DNA of 64,000 nt from positions 64,089-128,088 of the forward strand of contig JACJVV010000002.1 in NCBI GenBank assembly GCA_020637495.1. Reading direction: 5' to 3'. The stretch comes from Candidatus Woesearchaeota archaeon. Its GTDB lineage: Archaea > Nanobdellota > Nanobdellia > Woesearchaeales > JACJVV01. Position numbers and translations under genes: made by a program. Under the pieces are notes generated by a model that was given only the letters and a program-made list of their open reading frames with translations, was not told the origin of the DNA and ran no database searches. How positions within the stretch are numbered: the stretch's first letter is position 1; every line of letters starts with the position of its first letter. Below, piece after piece: positions 52,748-62,961 of the stretch.

Positions 52748-52816
52748 AATGAGAAGTCAATCATGAGCGTTTAAAAAATTAATGTAAAAGAAAAGAATAA
52801 GGCTGATTGAGATTGA

Positions 52817-53797
52817 TCATAGTTTGAACTCCTCAATCAATGGTCTTATGCTTCTTAGTTCATCTCTTTCTGAATCCCACAATGAAAGAACATGGTCGTA
52901 ATTCCTATCTTTTCCCTCTAGCCTCAATATGAGGGCAGGATCAGGATCAACTCTCTGGGGCCTGATGATTTTTACTGGTTTTGGTTCTACTATCTCTAAT
53001 GAATTTGGTGCATATACTGCATCACTGCTTGATGAGGCTATTATATCTCCTACCTTTGGAATCCATGCGATGTACATCTCTGGCATAGGCAATGGTCTGA
53101 ATCCTTCTTTCTGAGCACAGCCTAATTCAGTAAAGTATCTGATCATTGATTCATTGAGCTCTGCTCTGACTTCTTCGGGGATATCTGGACTTTTTGCATA
53201 GCATTCATTTATACGTCCACCATATACCCATCTCATATTGATACTGCAATCAAGATGTCCATTGACTGATGAATTGAGTCTTATTATTCCACCCTCTTTT
53301 TTGTATTTATCATTATGTAAACTTTCCCTTTCTCCAACTTCGATCTGCAATTGCTCTTTTACTCTGTTAAGTCTTAGACTGACATCAAACTCAACATTGC
53401 CTTCAACTCTCAAAGGGATGCTTTTGGGATCATCATATTTGCTAACGACAATGAGTGGGATTTTAGTATCGATGCTGGGCTCTCCAAGGTCAAGCTTGTT
53501 GGCCTCGTTGAAGATTCCTCTGGCATACATTGCTCTGTCAAAGCTTTGCATTATATGATCTGCATTCGCTGGAACAATAGTTATACTTCGTTTCAGGTTA
53601 TAGATCTCAGGAGAGAGGAGTGGAAAAACTCTCTTCAGTCTGTTTGATACATACTCTGCAGTCTGATCTTTGGTTTTTGGATTAATCTCGCTATGATCTA
53701 TATTATCAATCAATATTCTCTCAAGGTATAACGCTTCATCGCTTGCTTGGGTTTTAATTTCTTCTTTTGGTCTTTTTCTGATAAGTTGGCTTAGCAT
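52817..53797 (-). CDS. Hypothetical protein
   Basis: 326-aa ORF. Confidence 0.3.
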   Translation of the reverse strand: MLSQLIRKRPKEEIKTQASDEALYLERILIDNIDHSEINPKTKDQTAEYVSNRLKRVFPLLSPEIYNLKRSITIVPANADHIMQSFDRAMYARGIFNEANKLDLGEPSIDTKIPLIVVSKYDDPKSIPLRVEGNVEFDVSLRLNRVKEQLQIEVGERESLHNDKYKKEGGIIRLNSSVNGHLDCSINMRWVYGGRINECYAKSPDIPEEVRAELNESMIRYFTELGCAQKEGFRPLPMPEMYIAWIPKVGDIIASSSSDAVYAPNSLEIVEPKPVKIIRPQRVDPDPALILRLEGKDRNYDHVLSLWDSERDELRSIRPLIEEFKL

Positions 53798-53947
53798 AAC
53801 ACTCCCTCCAAAACTGAAAATAAAGAATGATTTTACCTATATATTAATATTTAATCAAATTTAGCGAAAATGAATATTATTCTTTTATATTTTACTCATT
53901 ATATCTAATATAGTAATATTTATTAATGCACTAATAATCCTTAATTT

Positions 53948-54895
53948 ATGAAGCTAGAAAGCACAGACATCAAACTATTGCATGAACTATCAAAGAACTG
54001 CAGAAGTTCTGTGACGACCTTGGCAAAGAATGTAAGGGTTTCAAAGAGTACAATACTTTACAAGATAAAAAGACTTGAAAGCTTAGGTATAATCAAAGGA
54101 TACCAGACTATAGTTGATAACTCAAGGCTAGGAAATATCTATGGTAGGATTACATTGAAGATAAATAACATTGATGAGAAAAGTAATACCAAGATTATCT
54201 CATTCCTAAAGCTTCACAAAAGCATCACATGGTTTGCAACGGTGCATGGTATAGCTGATTTTGCAATTGCTTTGCGTTGTGATTCTATAAACCAATTTAA
54301 CAGCATTGTGCATGAGATACATAAAGAGATAGGGAAATATATCGAATCACAAGAGATAAGCATTGCGTACAAGATTTATCATTGTGCTGCAAACATCATT
54401 ATTGGAAAACCTTTGGTCCCAGCTGTGTGTTCTACTCATGATTCTTCTAGAGAAGATCTCAACGAGACAGAAAATAGGATACTCGAGGCTTTGATCAATG
54501 ACCCTACAATCTCGATCATCAACCTAGCAAAAAGATGCAGCTGCACAACAAAGACAGCTTTGGCAAAGAAGCGTTCTCTGGAGAAAAAAGAGATAATAAT
54601 GAGATACCAGGTTATTCTCAATACTGAGATGTTAGGATATGAGACATATCATGTTTTCTGGAAGTTCAAGGATTATGATGCAAGAAATCTTCTGGCATTC
54701 AAGGAGAATCTGCTTCAGATGAAAGAGACATTGTATGTGGATGAATCTCTAAGTAGGTCTTACATTGAATCTGAGTTTTTGGTGCATAATCAAAGAGAGC
54801 TATACAAACTTGTAGACGATTTAAGAAACAAATTCCCAAATACGATCAGGGATTATGATATACTATTGATCTACGAGATCCATAAGGACATTTGA
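53948..54895 (+). CDS. Tandem Lrp/AsnC-family transcriptional regulator
   Basis: Two HTH_AsnC-type repeats (DIKLLHELSKNCRSSVTTLAKNVRVSKSTI and ENRILEALINDPTISIINLAKRCS), each followed by a RAM-like domain. Confidence 0.6.
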   Translation: MKLESTDIKLLHELSKNCRSSVTTLAKNVRVSKSTILYKIKRLESLGIIKGYQTIVDNSRLGNIYGRITLKINNIDEKSNTKIISFLKLHKSITWFATVHGIADFAIALRCDSINQFNSIVHEIHKEIGKYIESQEISIAYKIYHCAANIIIGKPLVPAVCSTHDSSREDLNETENRILEALINDPTISIINLAKRCSCTTKTALAKKRSLEKKEIIMRYQVILNTEMLGYETYHVFWKFKDYDARNLLAFKENLLQMKETLYVDESLSRSYIESEFLVHNQRELYKLVDDLRNKFPNTIRDYDILLIYEIHKDI

Positions 54896-55657
54896 TCAAG
54901 GTTTGATGTAAAGTGCAACGCTTCCTGGCATACCATCAATACTTAGTACGTCAGCACCAGCCATATCAGCCATGATGCTTATGTCACGTTCTGAATATCT
55001 ATAGCTTCTGTGCAGGGTCATTCTTATCCCTTTTGGAATTGTTGCATTCCTCATGCAATATTGATCTGCAATCTCCACTTCCCTCTCAGTCTTGAATCCA
55101 ATCTCATATGCATAGCTCCCTGAATCATTAAGGACTACCGGATCACAGAACATGCTGAAGTCTTGTTGCTGTCTCTTATCAAGCAACAATATCTCAGAGA
55201 GGAAATGATAAAGGAATGGACAGTCCATCTGATTGTAATGATTTTCTCCTGTTGTATTGTCGACAGTAGCGACTGTATAGAACAATGCTGCATTCTTTAT
55301 ATCTGAGATCTGTTTCATCTCAGCCATGACAGAATCATATGGCTGGCATGCAATCCCATTTGCCTTGACTATGATATTTTCATCCTTCATCCTTGTCATA
55401 AGATAATCGCCTAGTGAAGCACCATCAAGATTTGCAGCTGAAAGCGTGCCTTTACTGTCTGGCCAGAACATCCTTAGCAATGATAACGATGTAAGGGAAG
55501 AATCTGCACTCAGGACATCAAGATGATCTTGTCCTATGCTTTTTGCAATTGATTTCTGCCAGCTCATCTCATTGAATGATGAACCGCCGTAAAGTATTAT
55601 GAGTAATGGATTTACTTCCATGTTGAAAAATATCCCTTCAAAATAATGCCTTCTCAA
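54896..55657 (-). CDS. Hypothetical protein
   Basis: 253-aa ORF. Confidence 0.3.
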   Translation of the reverse strand: MRRHYFEGIFFNMEVNPLLIILYGGSSFNEMSWQKSIAKSIGQDHLDVLSADSSLTSLSLLRMFWPDSKGTLSAANLDGASLGDYLMTRMKDENIIVKANGIACQPYDSVMAEMKQISDIKNAALFYTVATVDNTTGENHYNQMDCPFLYHFLSEILLLDKRQQQDFSMFCDPVVLNDSGSYAYEIGFKTEREVEIADQYCMRNATIPKGIRMTLHRSYRYSERDISIMADMAGADVLSIDGMPGSVALYIKP

Positions 55658-56076
55658 AGACTCATTTCAGCTAATTATATAGAATAGCTTGAGAGTGTTT
55701 AAAGTAGCAGCATACATCAGTTGCTTGTACGACAGTCGGCATGGTGAATGCTACTTCATGATTATAGACTTATTCTTGTTTTCTTAATGATTCAAGGCTT
55801 GCTTCTATCACGTATCTTCTTGCTTGCGTCGTGGCATGAACCTAGAAAATGCGCAAATGTGATATCATCTGGATCGATATATCCCTGCATAGTTTGAGCA
55901 TCCTCAGGGTAATGTTAATTTTTTATAATAATTGCGCTAGTTCGGTGATTATCGGAAAGGGTGTTTCCGGTACACAATTCATGTGAAAGAGATCTTGTTC
56001 AAAGGATTGGTATATTCTCGAGTCGCATATCATCAATATTACTTCGATCAGTCATCACTTCCTTCGAAAGTTTTTC

Positions 56077-56262
56077 TTACGTTGATAATAGCTCTCTGGC
56101 TCTTCCATAATATGCAACTTTCTCGATATCTTCATATCCTCCAGAACCATCTGATCTGAATCCCTTATCTTTTGAAAAGTCAGGATTCTCAACAAGAAAT
56201 CTTCTCAATGCCTCTCCTAGAGAATTATCGAACTTCCTGTCTTTTCTCAATACTATAGTCAT
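56077..56262 (-). CDS. Small hypothetical protein
   Basis: 61-aa ORF at the end of a 420-bp ORF-free intergenic region. Confidence 0.2.
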   Translation of the reverse strand: MTIVLRKDRKFDNSLGEALRRFLVENPDFSKDKGFRSDGSGGYEDIEKVAYYGRARELLST

Positions 56263-56322
56263 ACATCTGTAGTCATAATATTATTTATAAATATTATCTT
56301 CACTAATGAGTAGTCAACTTTA

Positions 56323-56727
56323 TTATCTGTTGTTCATCAATATCTCTTCAACAATGCTTTCATAATCAATAGGCTTCCTGAATACATGTTCTGCTCCTCT
56401 TTTAAGGAATTCCTGTTTATAGCAGTCTTCGATGCATGCAATTACTCCAACTCTTTGTTCAGGGTTTGCATCCATGATCTGCTCAAGTGTAACAATTGCA
56501 GTCTCTATACCATCAAATCTCATATACTTATAGAGGTCAGTATAATTATAGGTCATGTCTATAACTTCATCAATTAATATGTAATCCATCTCTTTTGCTT
56601 CTGCATGTTGTATTGCAGATATGGAATATTTTGTGTACGTAGAAAGAATAGGTGCGTTGAACTCCATCGCTCTAGAAAGATGTTTCGCTAAGAAATCATC
56701 ATTGCTTACTACAAGTACATTCTGCAT
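56323..56727 (-). CDS. CheY-like receiver-domain protein (atypical)
   Basis: Beta-alpha pattern with LVVSND, ILIDEV and RKPIDYESIV at the positions expected for a receiver domain. Confidence 0.4.
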   Translation of the reverse strand: MQNVLVVSNDDFLAKHLSRAMEFNAPILSTYTKYSISAIQHAEAKEMDYILIDEVIDMTYNYTDLYKYMRFDGIETAIVTLEQIMDANPEQRVGVIACIEDCYKQEFLKRGAEHVFRKPIDYESIVEEILMNNR

Positions 56728-56778
56728 ACAGATTGGAATATTGTACCAATTTTAAACCTTGCCCTCATTTGGTAAGCT

Positions 56779-57102
56779 TTGGTAAGTTTTATATATGCTT
56801 CCAGACCCCAATATAACATGAATTATGACCTAGAACTAGAAAAGCTAAAATCTTATCTCAAAGAGCATAATTGCAAGACTATTGTTTTGCAATTCCCTGA
56901 TGGGCTGAAAGTGTTTGCAGACAAGGTAATAGATGAGCTTGACAAGATGAATCAAGAAGAAGGGACAGATGTAATGCCTATAATTTGGTTCGGTACATGT
57001 TTTGGTGCATGCGATATCCCTCTAGGACTAAACCAGTTCAAGACAGATCTTTTTGTACAGTGGGGACACAATGTTTTCAACAGGGTTGAGGGGTGGAAAT
57101 AG
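56779..57102 (+). CDS. dph2: Diphthamide synthesis Dph2, N-terminal part (ends at an in-frame TAG)
   Basis: KTIVLQFPDGL and FGACD match the Dph2 N-terminus. Confidence 0.6.
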   Translation: MVSFIYASRPQYNMNYDLELEKLKSYLKEHNCKTIVLQFPDGLKVFADKVIDELDKMNQEEGTDVMPIIWFGTCFGACDIPLGLNQFKTDLFVQWGHNVFNRVEGWK

Positions 57103-57843
57103 ATGAAATCACTTCTCATAGATGCAAGGTACAATAAGCCATTGAAGATCAATCAGGATACTCTGGATGAGATAAAGAAGCATAAGCGAGTGGCACTATA
57201 TGCTGCAGTACAGTTCATTCATCTTCTTCCAGATATAAAGAAACAATTGGAGACTGTTGAAGGGGTTGAAGTAGTTACATCCAAACCTGATCGCACAGAT
57301 GCTAATTACCAGATCCTAGGTTGTGACTGCTATTGGCAGAATTACCAATTTGCAGATGATATCGATGCTTTTGTCTATATCGGTGATGGTTTCTTCCATC
57401 CATTGGCCATGGCTTTAGCTCAAAGGGATACTGCTAAATATCGTCCTGTTATAATATATGATCCGAAAGATGACAAGAAAATATTGATCGATCTGGAACG
57501 TATTGCTCCTATCCTGAGAAGATATCGTTCATCGTTGATGAAATTCAAGAATGCAGATATAGTTGGAGTCTTCGTAACGACTAAACCTGGTCAGCAGCAA
57601 TATAAGATGAGCCTCAAGCTCAAGGAGAAGTTTCCAGATAAGAAATTCTATTATTTTGCAGGCGATAATTTCGATTATGCCAAGACTGAAGAGTTCCCTT
57701 TCTGCAAGTTCTGGATAAATACTGCATGTCCAAGGATCGGCCTTGATGATCAGGTGAATTACAAGGTAGATACAATAAATCTTATGGATGCATTTGATGT
57801 TGATAAGATACTTTCTAAAGATTGCCTACTTACAAGAATATAA
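57103..57843 (+). CDS. dph2: Diphthamide synthesis Dph2, C-terminal part (same frame, begins right after the TAG)
   Basis: ILGCDCY, IGDGFFHPLAMA and ACPRIGLDD match Dph2. Confidence 0.6.
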   Translation: MKSLLIDARYNKPLKINQDTLDEIKKHKRVALYAAVQFIHLLPDIKKQLETVEGVEVVTSKPDRTDANYQILGCDCYWQNYQFADDIDAFVYIGDGFFHPLAMALAQRDTAKYRPVIIYDPKDDKKILIDLERIAPILRRYRSSLMKFKNADIVGVFVTTKPGQQQYKMSLKLKEKFPDKKFYYFAGDNFDYAKTEEFPFCKFWINTACPRIGLDDQVNYKVDTINLMDAFDVDKILSKDCLLTRI

Positions 57844-57897
57844 TTCTCGTATTATATCATTGAAGATACAAGGCAAACTAGATAATCTAAGATAACT

Positions 57898-58860
57898 ATG
57901 TTTTTAAAGCATCTAGGGCTAACTTTGCTTATGTCAGAAGCAGAAAATACAGATCCGGAAAAAAGTGATGAACGTCCGGGAATCCTACGGAGATTGTTAT
58001 CCAAGACATATGTGGGACAGCTTGAGGATAAAGTGCATAGGCTTGAAGATACTGTCAAGAATATGGAAGGAGCTAATCAGAAGAATGAGGATCTCCAGGA
58101 AGAACTGAAGCAAGCTGCAGCAGATCTGCGTGATGCATATACAACTATAGACACTCTGCAGAGCAAGATTGAAGGAATGAAAGATATGTTCCAGGATCTT
58201 GAAGTCCCCTATATGGAAATAGATAAGGGAGGTATAATAAAAGTTGTAAGTCCAAACATAGAGGACTGCTTCGGTTATAAGCCTGAAGATCTTATAAACA
58301 ATCATCTCAAGGATTATATGGTGGATGAGAAAGCGTCTCATTTCTTGGCATTTATACCTACTCTTGTAAAGATGGAATTTGAAGGAGCATCACATAGGGT
58401 AGAGATGAGAGCAGCAAAAGGGAAAAAGATAATGTATATCAGGATGAAGTATATTCAAGATGACAAAGGTGAGTATGCAGGCACCGTCGTATTTTTTGAG
58501 GAAAAATCACTTTTTAGAAGATGGCGATCAAACTATAAGAATGAGTACAATGAGGTTCTTCCTGAAGTGGCAGAAGATGATTATATGAAGAAGAGGATGG
58601 CAAGGATATTCTCTAACGCTGTAATACAAGATGTTGCAACGATTTATTTTGATGCATCAGGAGCCAAATCAATATCAGATAAGGTCGCAAATGCAATAGT
58701 AGCCTTAGCAGGAAGAAAGAATACAGAGGTATACATAAAGAGGCCTTCAGACGAGATTAGGCAGCAATTCATGTCACTTGGTTTCAGACCTGATCATTTT
58801 GAGCCATCACATATAGAAGAATATCTTCCTGAAGCAAAGCCTAATAATAATCCAGCTTAA
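57898..58860 (+). CDS. Coiled-coil plus PAS-like domain protein
   Basis: N-terminal coiled coil, then a PAS-like fold. Confidence 0.3.
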   Translation: MFLKHLGLTLLMSEAENTDPEKSDERPGILRRLLSKTYVGQLEDKVHRLEDTVKNMEGANQKNEDLQEELKQAAADLRDAYTTIDTLQSKIEGMKDMFQDLEVPYMEIDKGGIIKVVSPNIEDCFGYKPEDLINNHLKDYMVDEKASHFLAFIPTLVKMEFEGASHRVEMRAAKGKKIMYIRMKYIQDDKGEYAGTVVFFEEKSLFRRWRSNYKNEYNEVLPEVAEDDYMKKRMARIFSNAVIQDVATIYFDASGAKSISDKVANAIVALAGRKNTEVYIKRPSDEIRQQFMSLGFRPDHFEPSHIEEYLPEAKPNNNPA

Positions 58861-59921
58861 ACCCCAAACATGCACATTCTAGCATCATATTGCTGATAAC
58901 CAGCATCACATATTATGAAACATTCATTCCTGTCCTTGAAGCATTTGAAGCCTTCTTCACAATCATCATCGCTCTGACAGGCAGGCCCGATCCTGATAAC
59001 ATATTTATTTGCTGTGACTATAGTACCATATACTCCTAATTCTTTCATCAATTCAGCACCTTTCTCTCTTCCAAGCACAAAAACAGCAGTACTGATCGCA
59101 TCTGCATCCATAGCATTATCAGCGACGATGGTCACAGATATTAATTCTGTTGCGCTATATCCTGTCCTTGGATCGACAATATGGTGGAAGCTTTTATCCT
59201 CAGTGAAATATCTTTCATAATCTCCTGAAGTCACTACTGCATTACCATTGAGTTCAATGATATCGATGGTATTTTTCTTGTCACGTGGATCTGCAAGTGC
59301 AACGTTCCATTTCTCACCGTCTGGTTTAGTGCCTATTGTCATCATGTCACCGCCTGCATTGACGAGTGCACTCTGGATTCCCTTTCCTTGCAGAACTTCA
59401 ATTGCTTTATCAACAGCATAGCCTTTTGCAATCCCTCCAAGAGTTATCTTCTGTTTTGGATGTATTGCAATTATATCATCGCTATAGTTGATGTATCTGA
59501 AGTTCACCATTCCTAGCTTTTCTCTGATCTGATCATCGCTTGGAGGACCTCCTGCAGCGAAACTCTCAGAATATAAGTCTAGTATAGGTTGTACAGTTAT
59601 GTCAAATGAACCATTGCTTATCTTTGAATAGTATACAGACTTCTCGATATTTATCTTAAGGTCATCAGAGAATCCTGTTATATATTTCTGTGAATTCAGC
59701 AAGCTTACTTCTGAATCATTCTTGTAATTGCTCAGCAATGCATCAATCCTTATTATCTCATCAAAGGCATCCTCAACACTCTCCTTCAGGAATGCTTTAT
59801 CATCTCCATAAACTGTAATAGTTACTATCGTCCCCATAAGCTCTCTCGTCTCTTTGTACTCTGTAATCCCAGAACAGCCTACCAATAACGACAATATTAA
59901 TACAAATAAGATGTGCTTCAT
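58857..59921 (-). CDS. apbE: ApbE-family FAD:protein FMN transferase lipoprotein with Cys-rich C-terminal extension
   Basis: Lipoprotein signal LLVGCSG, GGIAKGYAVDKA, and a C-terminal CQSDDDCEEGFKCFKDRNECFIIC. Confidence 0.65.
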   Translation of the reverse strand: MKHILFVLILSLLVGCSGITEYKETRELMGTIVTITVYGDDKAFLKESVEDAFDEIIRIDALLSNYKNDSEVSLLNSQKYITGFSDDLKINIEKSVYYSKISNGSFDITVQPILDLYSESFAAGGPPSDDQIREKLGMVNFRYINYSDDIIAIHPKQKITLGGIAKGYAVDKAIEVLQGKGIQSALVNAGGDMMTIGTKPDGEKWNVALADPRDKKNTIDIIELNGNAVVTSGDYERYFTEDKSFHHIVDPRTGYSATELISVTIVADNAMDADAISTAVFVLGREKGAELMKELGVYGTIVTANKYVIRIGPACQSDDDCEEGFKCFKDRNECFIICDAGYQQYDARMCMFGV

Positions 59922-60045
59922 GATACTACTTGAATCTCTTTATTCTTAAACTTTACTCCCAAAAACCTTTATAAAGCCATATTCAATTACAACCAACAAG
60001 AGGTGAATATACCTCAGATTCATTTCTGAGAGTAGGGTATTTAAG

Positions 60046-60885
60046 ATGGGAGAATATACATTACTGTTCAGATGCAATGATAGGAAAGGAGTTCTAGATG
60101 AGATCACTAAATTTGTCACTGAAGAACATAATGGGAATTTTGGTGATGTCAGGGCAACACCTTGGGAGGGGCAATATGCAGTCAGGGCTGAATTTGAGTC
60201 CAATAGCACCCTCGAACAACTTACTTCAAATTTCGATGAATTTGTAGATGGAACTGATAGATGGGTTGATATTTCTGATAGGAATGTCAAGAAGAAAGTA
60301 GCAATATTAGTCTCAAAACAGATGCATTGCTTGAAATATCTTCTTAATAGCTGGGAAGAAGGAGATCTCAATATCGATGTCCCTTTGATAATAAGCAATC
60401 ATCCTGATGCTTCAAACATTGCTCATCGACATGGTATAAATTTTTTCTATGTCCCAGCTTCTCCAGAGAACAGAAAGGAAGCTGAAGCCAGGATATTGGA
60501 CCTAGTCAAGAGAGAGGATACGGATTTAATTGTCACAGCAAGATACATGCAGATAATCACAGCTAACATGTTGAATAATTTTGGAAAACCTTTCATTAAT
60601 GTGCATCATGGTAATGTTGCAGCATTCCCTGGGGCAAAACCATATCATCAGGCATATGCTAGAGGTGTTAAAGATTTACATCCTACAGCACATTACATGA
60701 TCGAAGAGGTTGATAAGGGTCCTATCATAATGACTGAAGAGATCCATGTAGAGGATACTGATACTGTGCAGGACTATATCCGGAAGGGGAAACAAGGAGA
60801 ATGCATAGCTCTACTCAGAGCAGTTGACTTGCATGCTAATAATAGGATTATCACTTATAACAATAAGACTTTAAGATTCCAATGA
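60046..60885 (+). CDS. purU: Formyltetrahydrofolate deformylase
   Basis: N-terminal ACT domain plus formyltransferase motifs (IISNHPD, TARYMQII, HHG). Confidence 0.7.
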   Translation: MGEYTLLFRCNDRKGVLDEITKFVTEEHNGNFGDVRATPWEGQYAVRAEFESNSTLEQLTSNFDEFVDGTDRWVDISDRNVKKKVAILVSKQMHCLKYLLNSWEEGDLNIDVPLIISNHPDASNIAHRHGINFFYVPASPENRKEAEARILDLVKREDTDLIVTARYMQIITANMLNNFGKPFINVHHGNVAAFPGAKPYHQAYARGVKDLHPTAHYMIEEVDKGPIIMTEEIHVEDTDTVQDYIRKGKQGECIALLRAVDLHANNRIITYNNKTLRFQ

Positions 60886-60968
60886 TTATGGATTTATTAC
60901 TCTTATTCTTCTTATTATCTCAAAGAAAGTATTCACATGATCTCTGACAATCTCTTTATTTCAAGCCA

Positions 60969-61300
60969 TTATACAATGCTTGTGAGCCAAGTCTTGCTTC
61001 GATAAAGATATAATGCCATTAACAAGCCTATAAGGTTTGAGATTGGATAGGCTATCCATATGCCTATTGCACCAAGCTTGAACACTATTGATAATAAAAA
61101 ACCTGCAATGAACAAAGATATTGTCTGAGTGAAAGAAAGGCTCATAGATAATGTTGTCTTCCCGGCTGCCTTAAGAGTCCCGCTGATTACCATCTGTATC
61201 CCTATGAATCCAAATGATAACGCCATTATACGGATGAATAATGCAGATGAGTTTATCACTTCAATCTCACCAGGAACAAAGAAACTTGAAATGGATGGAG
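60969..61300 (-). pseudogene. C-terminal fragment of a MATE-family efflux transporter (about 110 of 450 aa)
   Basis: Only the last 3-4 TM helices are present. The region where the N-terminus would be is occupied by the duplicated small-ORF element. Confidence 0.4.
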
Positions 61301-61305
61301 CGAAG

Positions 61306-61418
61306 ATGTTATATGAAGACAAAGAGGAAACCTTCTGATGCCTGAAGAGGTTGAGGAACTGTCTCCATGGGAGATTGAGGATCGAAGGATACATATAAGT
61401 GAAGATTATATGCTTTAG
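61306..61418 (+). CDS. Small conserved ORF element, copy 2
   Basis: MPEEVEELSPWEIEDRRIHISEDYML (26 aa from the internal ATG at 61338). A 1-nt deletion separates it from the upstream MLYEDK start. Confidence 0.25.
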
Positions 61419-61612
61419 GAGGAAAAATGTTTAGGAAAAAAGAAAAAGAGCAATGGATTGAGATGCAAGAGTATCTTGATGAATGGGAATTCCATAAGTT
61501 GTTGGCTGAGTTCAACTAGATCTCCAAAAGTATACTCATTCTCTCGTCGACATATGAACCAGGATTAATATGTTAAGGTAATCTTTATAAAAAACATAAC
61601 CTCATTTTTTCT

Positions 61613-62950
61613 ATGGGTCTTTTAAGCGCTTTCAGACAAGGCTTCAAGGGAGGGATACATCCCCATTACAGTAAGATCACTTCTAGATTCAAGATAGAGA
61701 AAGCAAAGATTCCAAGCAAGGTTATTCTTCCATTATCACAGCACATAGGTGTACCATGCTCACCTATCGTAAAAGTTGGTGATATTGTAAAAGCAGGCCA
61801 GGAGATCGCAAATTCAGATGCTTTTGTCTCTGCACCAATACATGCGTCAATCTCAGGAACGATCAAGGCGATTGAAGATTTCCCTCATCCAGTCTCAGGT
61901 GAGATGACAAGATCAATAATCATAGAATCTGATGGAAAAGATGAGAAGATCGAGACAAAGAGCCGTGATTGGAAATCAATGTCTCCAGAGGATATCAAGA
62001 GATACATAAGGGATGCAGGGGTTGTAGGCTTAGGGGGAGCAGCATTCCCTACTCATGTCAAATTATCTCCTCCAGAAGATAAGCATATAGATACTATAAT
62101 GATAAATGGAGCGGAATGTGAGCCTTATATCACGGCAGATCATCGTCTGATGCTTGAGAAGCCTGATCAGCTTATCGAAGGTGTAAGGATCCTGCAGAAA
62201 GTCTTGAATGTAAAGACAGCATATATCGGGATTGAAGATAATAAGATGGATGCGATACGTCTTCTTAAAAAGAAACTGAAGGACCAGAATGAGCATTCAA
62301 TTCATGTCAAGACAGTCCCTGCAAAATATCCGCAAGGTGCAGAGAAGACATTGATCTATGCGATCCTCAAGAAGAAAGTTCCAGCAGGAGGATTGCCCAT
62401 GGACATAGGAGTTGAAGTACAGAATGTTGGGACAACCATTGCAATCTATGAGGCAGTTGCTCATTCCAAACCACTATATGAGAAAGTCATGACGATAACT
62501 GGAAAAGTTAACACTCCAAAGAATCTTATGGTGCGCATGGGAACAATGATAACAGACCTCATTGAACAGGTCGATGGTTATAATGGAACACCTAAGAAAC
62601 TGATAAATGGCGGACCTATGATGGGATTTGCTCTGCCTACTGATGAGTTGCCTGTGGTAAAAGGGACAAGCAGCCTTGTGATATTCAACCAGAATGATAT
62701 CCATGAACGTGTTCCTATAGAATGTATCAGATGCGGGAAATGCCTCGAAGTTTGTCCAATGCATCTGAACCCTGCACTGATAGCGAAATATGCAGAGAAA
62801 GACAGGATAGAACAATCAAAGGAAATGTGTGCGATGGATTGCTTTGAATGCGGAGCATGCTCATTCATCTGTCCTAGCCAAATCCCTTTAGTGCATTGGA
62901 TAAGATATGCAAAAGCTCAGATAAAGAAAGAAGCAAGCGTGAAGAAATAA
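61613..62950 (+). CDS. rnfC: Rnf/Nqr complex subunit C
   Basis: GLGGAAFPTHVK, NGAECEPY, and two C-terminal CxxCxxCxxxCP ferredoxin motifs. Confidence 0.75.
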   Translation: MGLLSAFRQGFKGGIHPHYSKITSRFKIEKAKIPSKVILPLSQHIGVPCSPIVKVGDIVKAGQEIANSDAFVSAPIHASISGTIKAIEDFPHPVSGEMTRSIIIESDGKDEKIETKSRDWKSMSPEDIKRYIRDAGVVGLGGAAFPTHVKLSPPEDKHIDTIMINGAECEPYITADHRLMLEKPDQLIEGVRILQKVLNVKTAYIGIEDNKMDAIRLLKKKLKDQNEHSIHVKTVPAKYPQGAEKTLIYAILKKKVPAGGLPMDIGVEVQNVGTTIAIYEAVAHSKPLYEKVMTITGKVNTPKNLMVRMGTMITDLIEQVDGYNGTPKKLINGGPMMGFALPTDELPVVKGTSSLVIFNQNDIHERVPIECIRCGKCLEVCPMHLNPALIAKYAEKDRIEQSKEMCAMDCFECGACSFICPSQIPLVHWIRYAKAQIKKEASVKK

Positions 62951-62961
62951 GATTGATTAAA

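Noticed and set aside
54896-55657. SAM hydroxide adenosyltransferase (DUF62) assignment for the 253-aa protein
   Set aside because: The N-terminal TTDFG-type motif is absent, so the resemblance was superficial.
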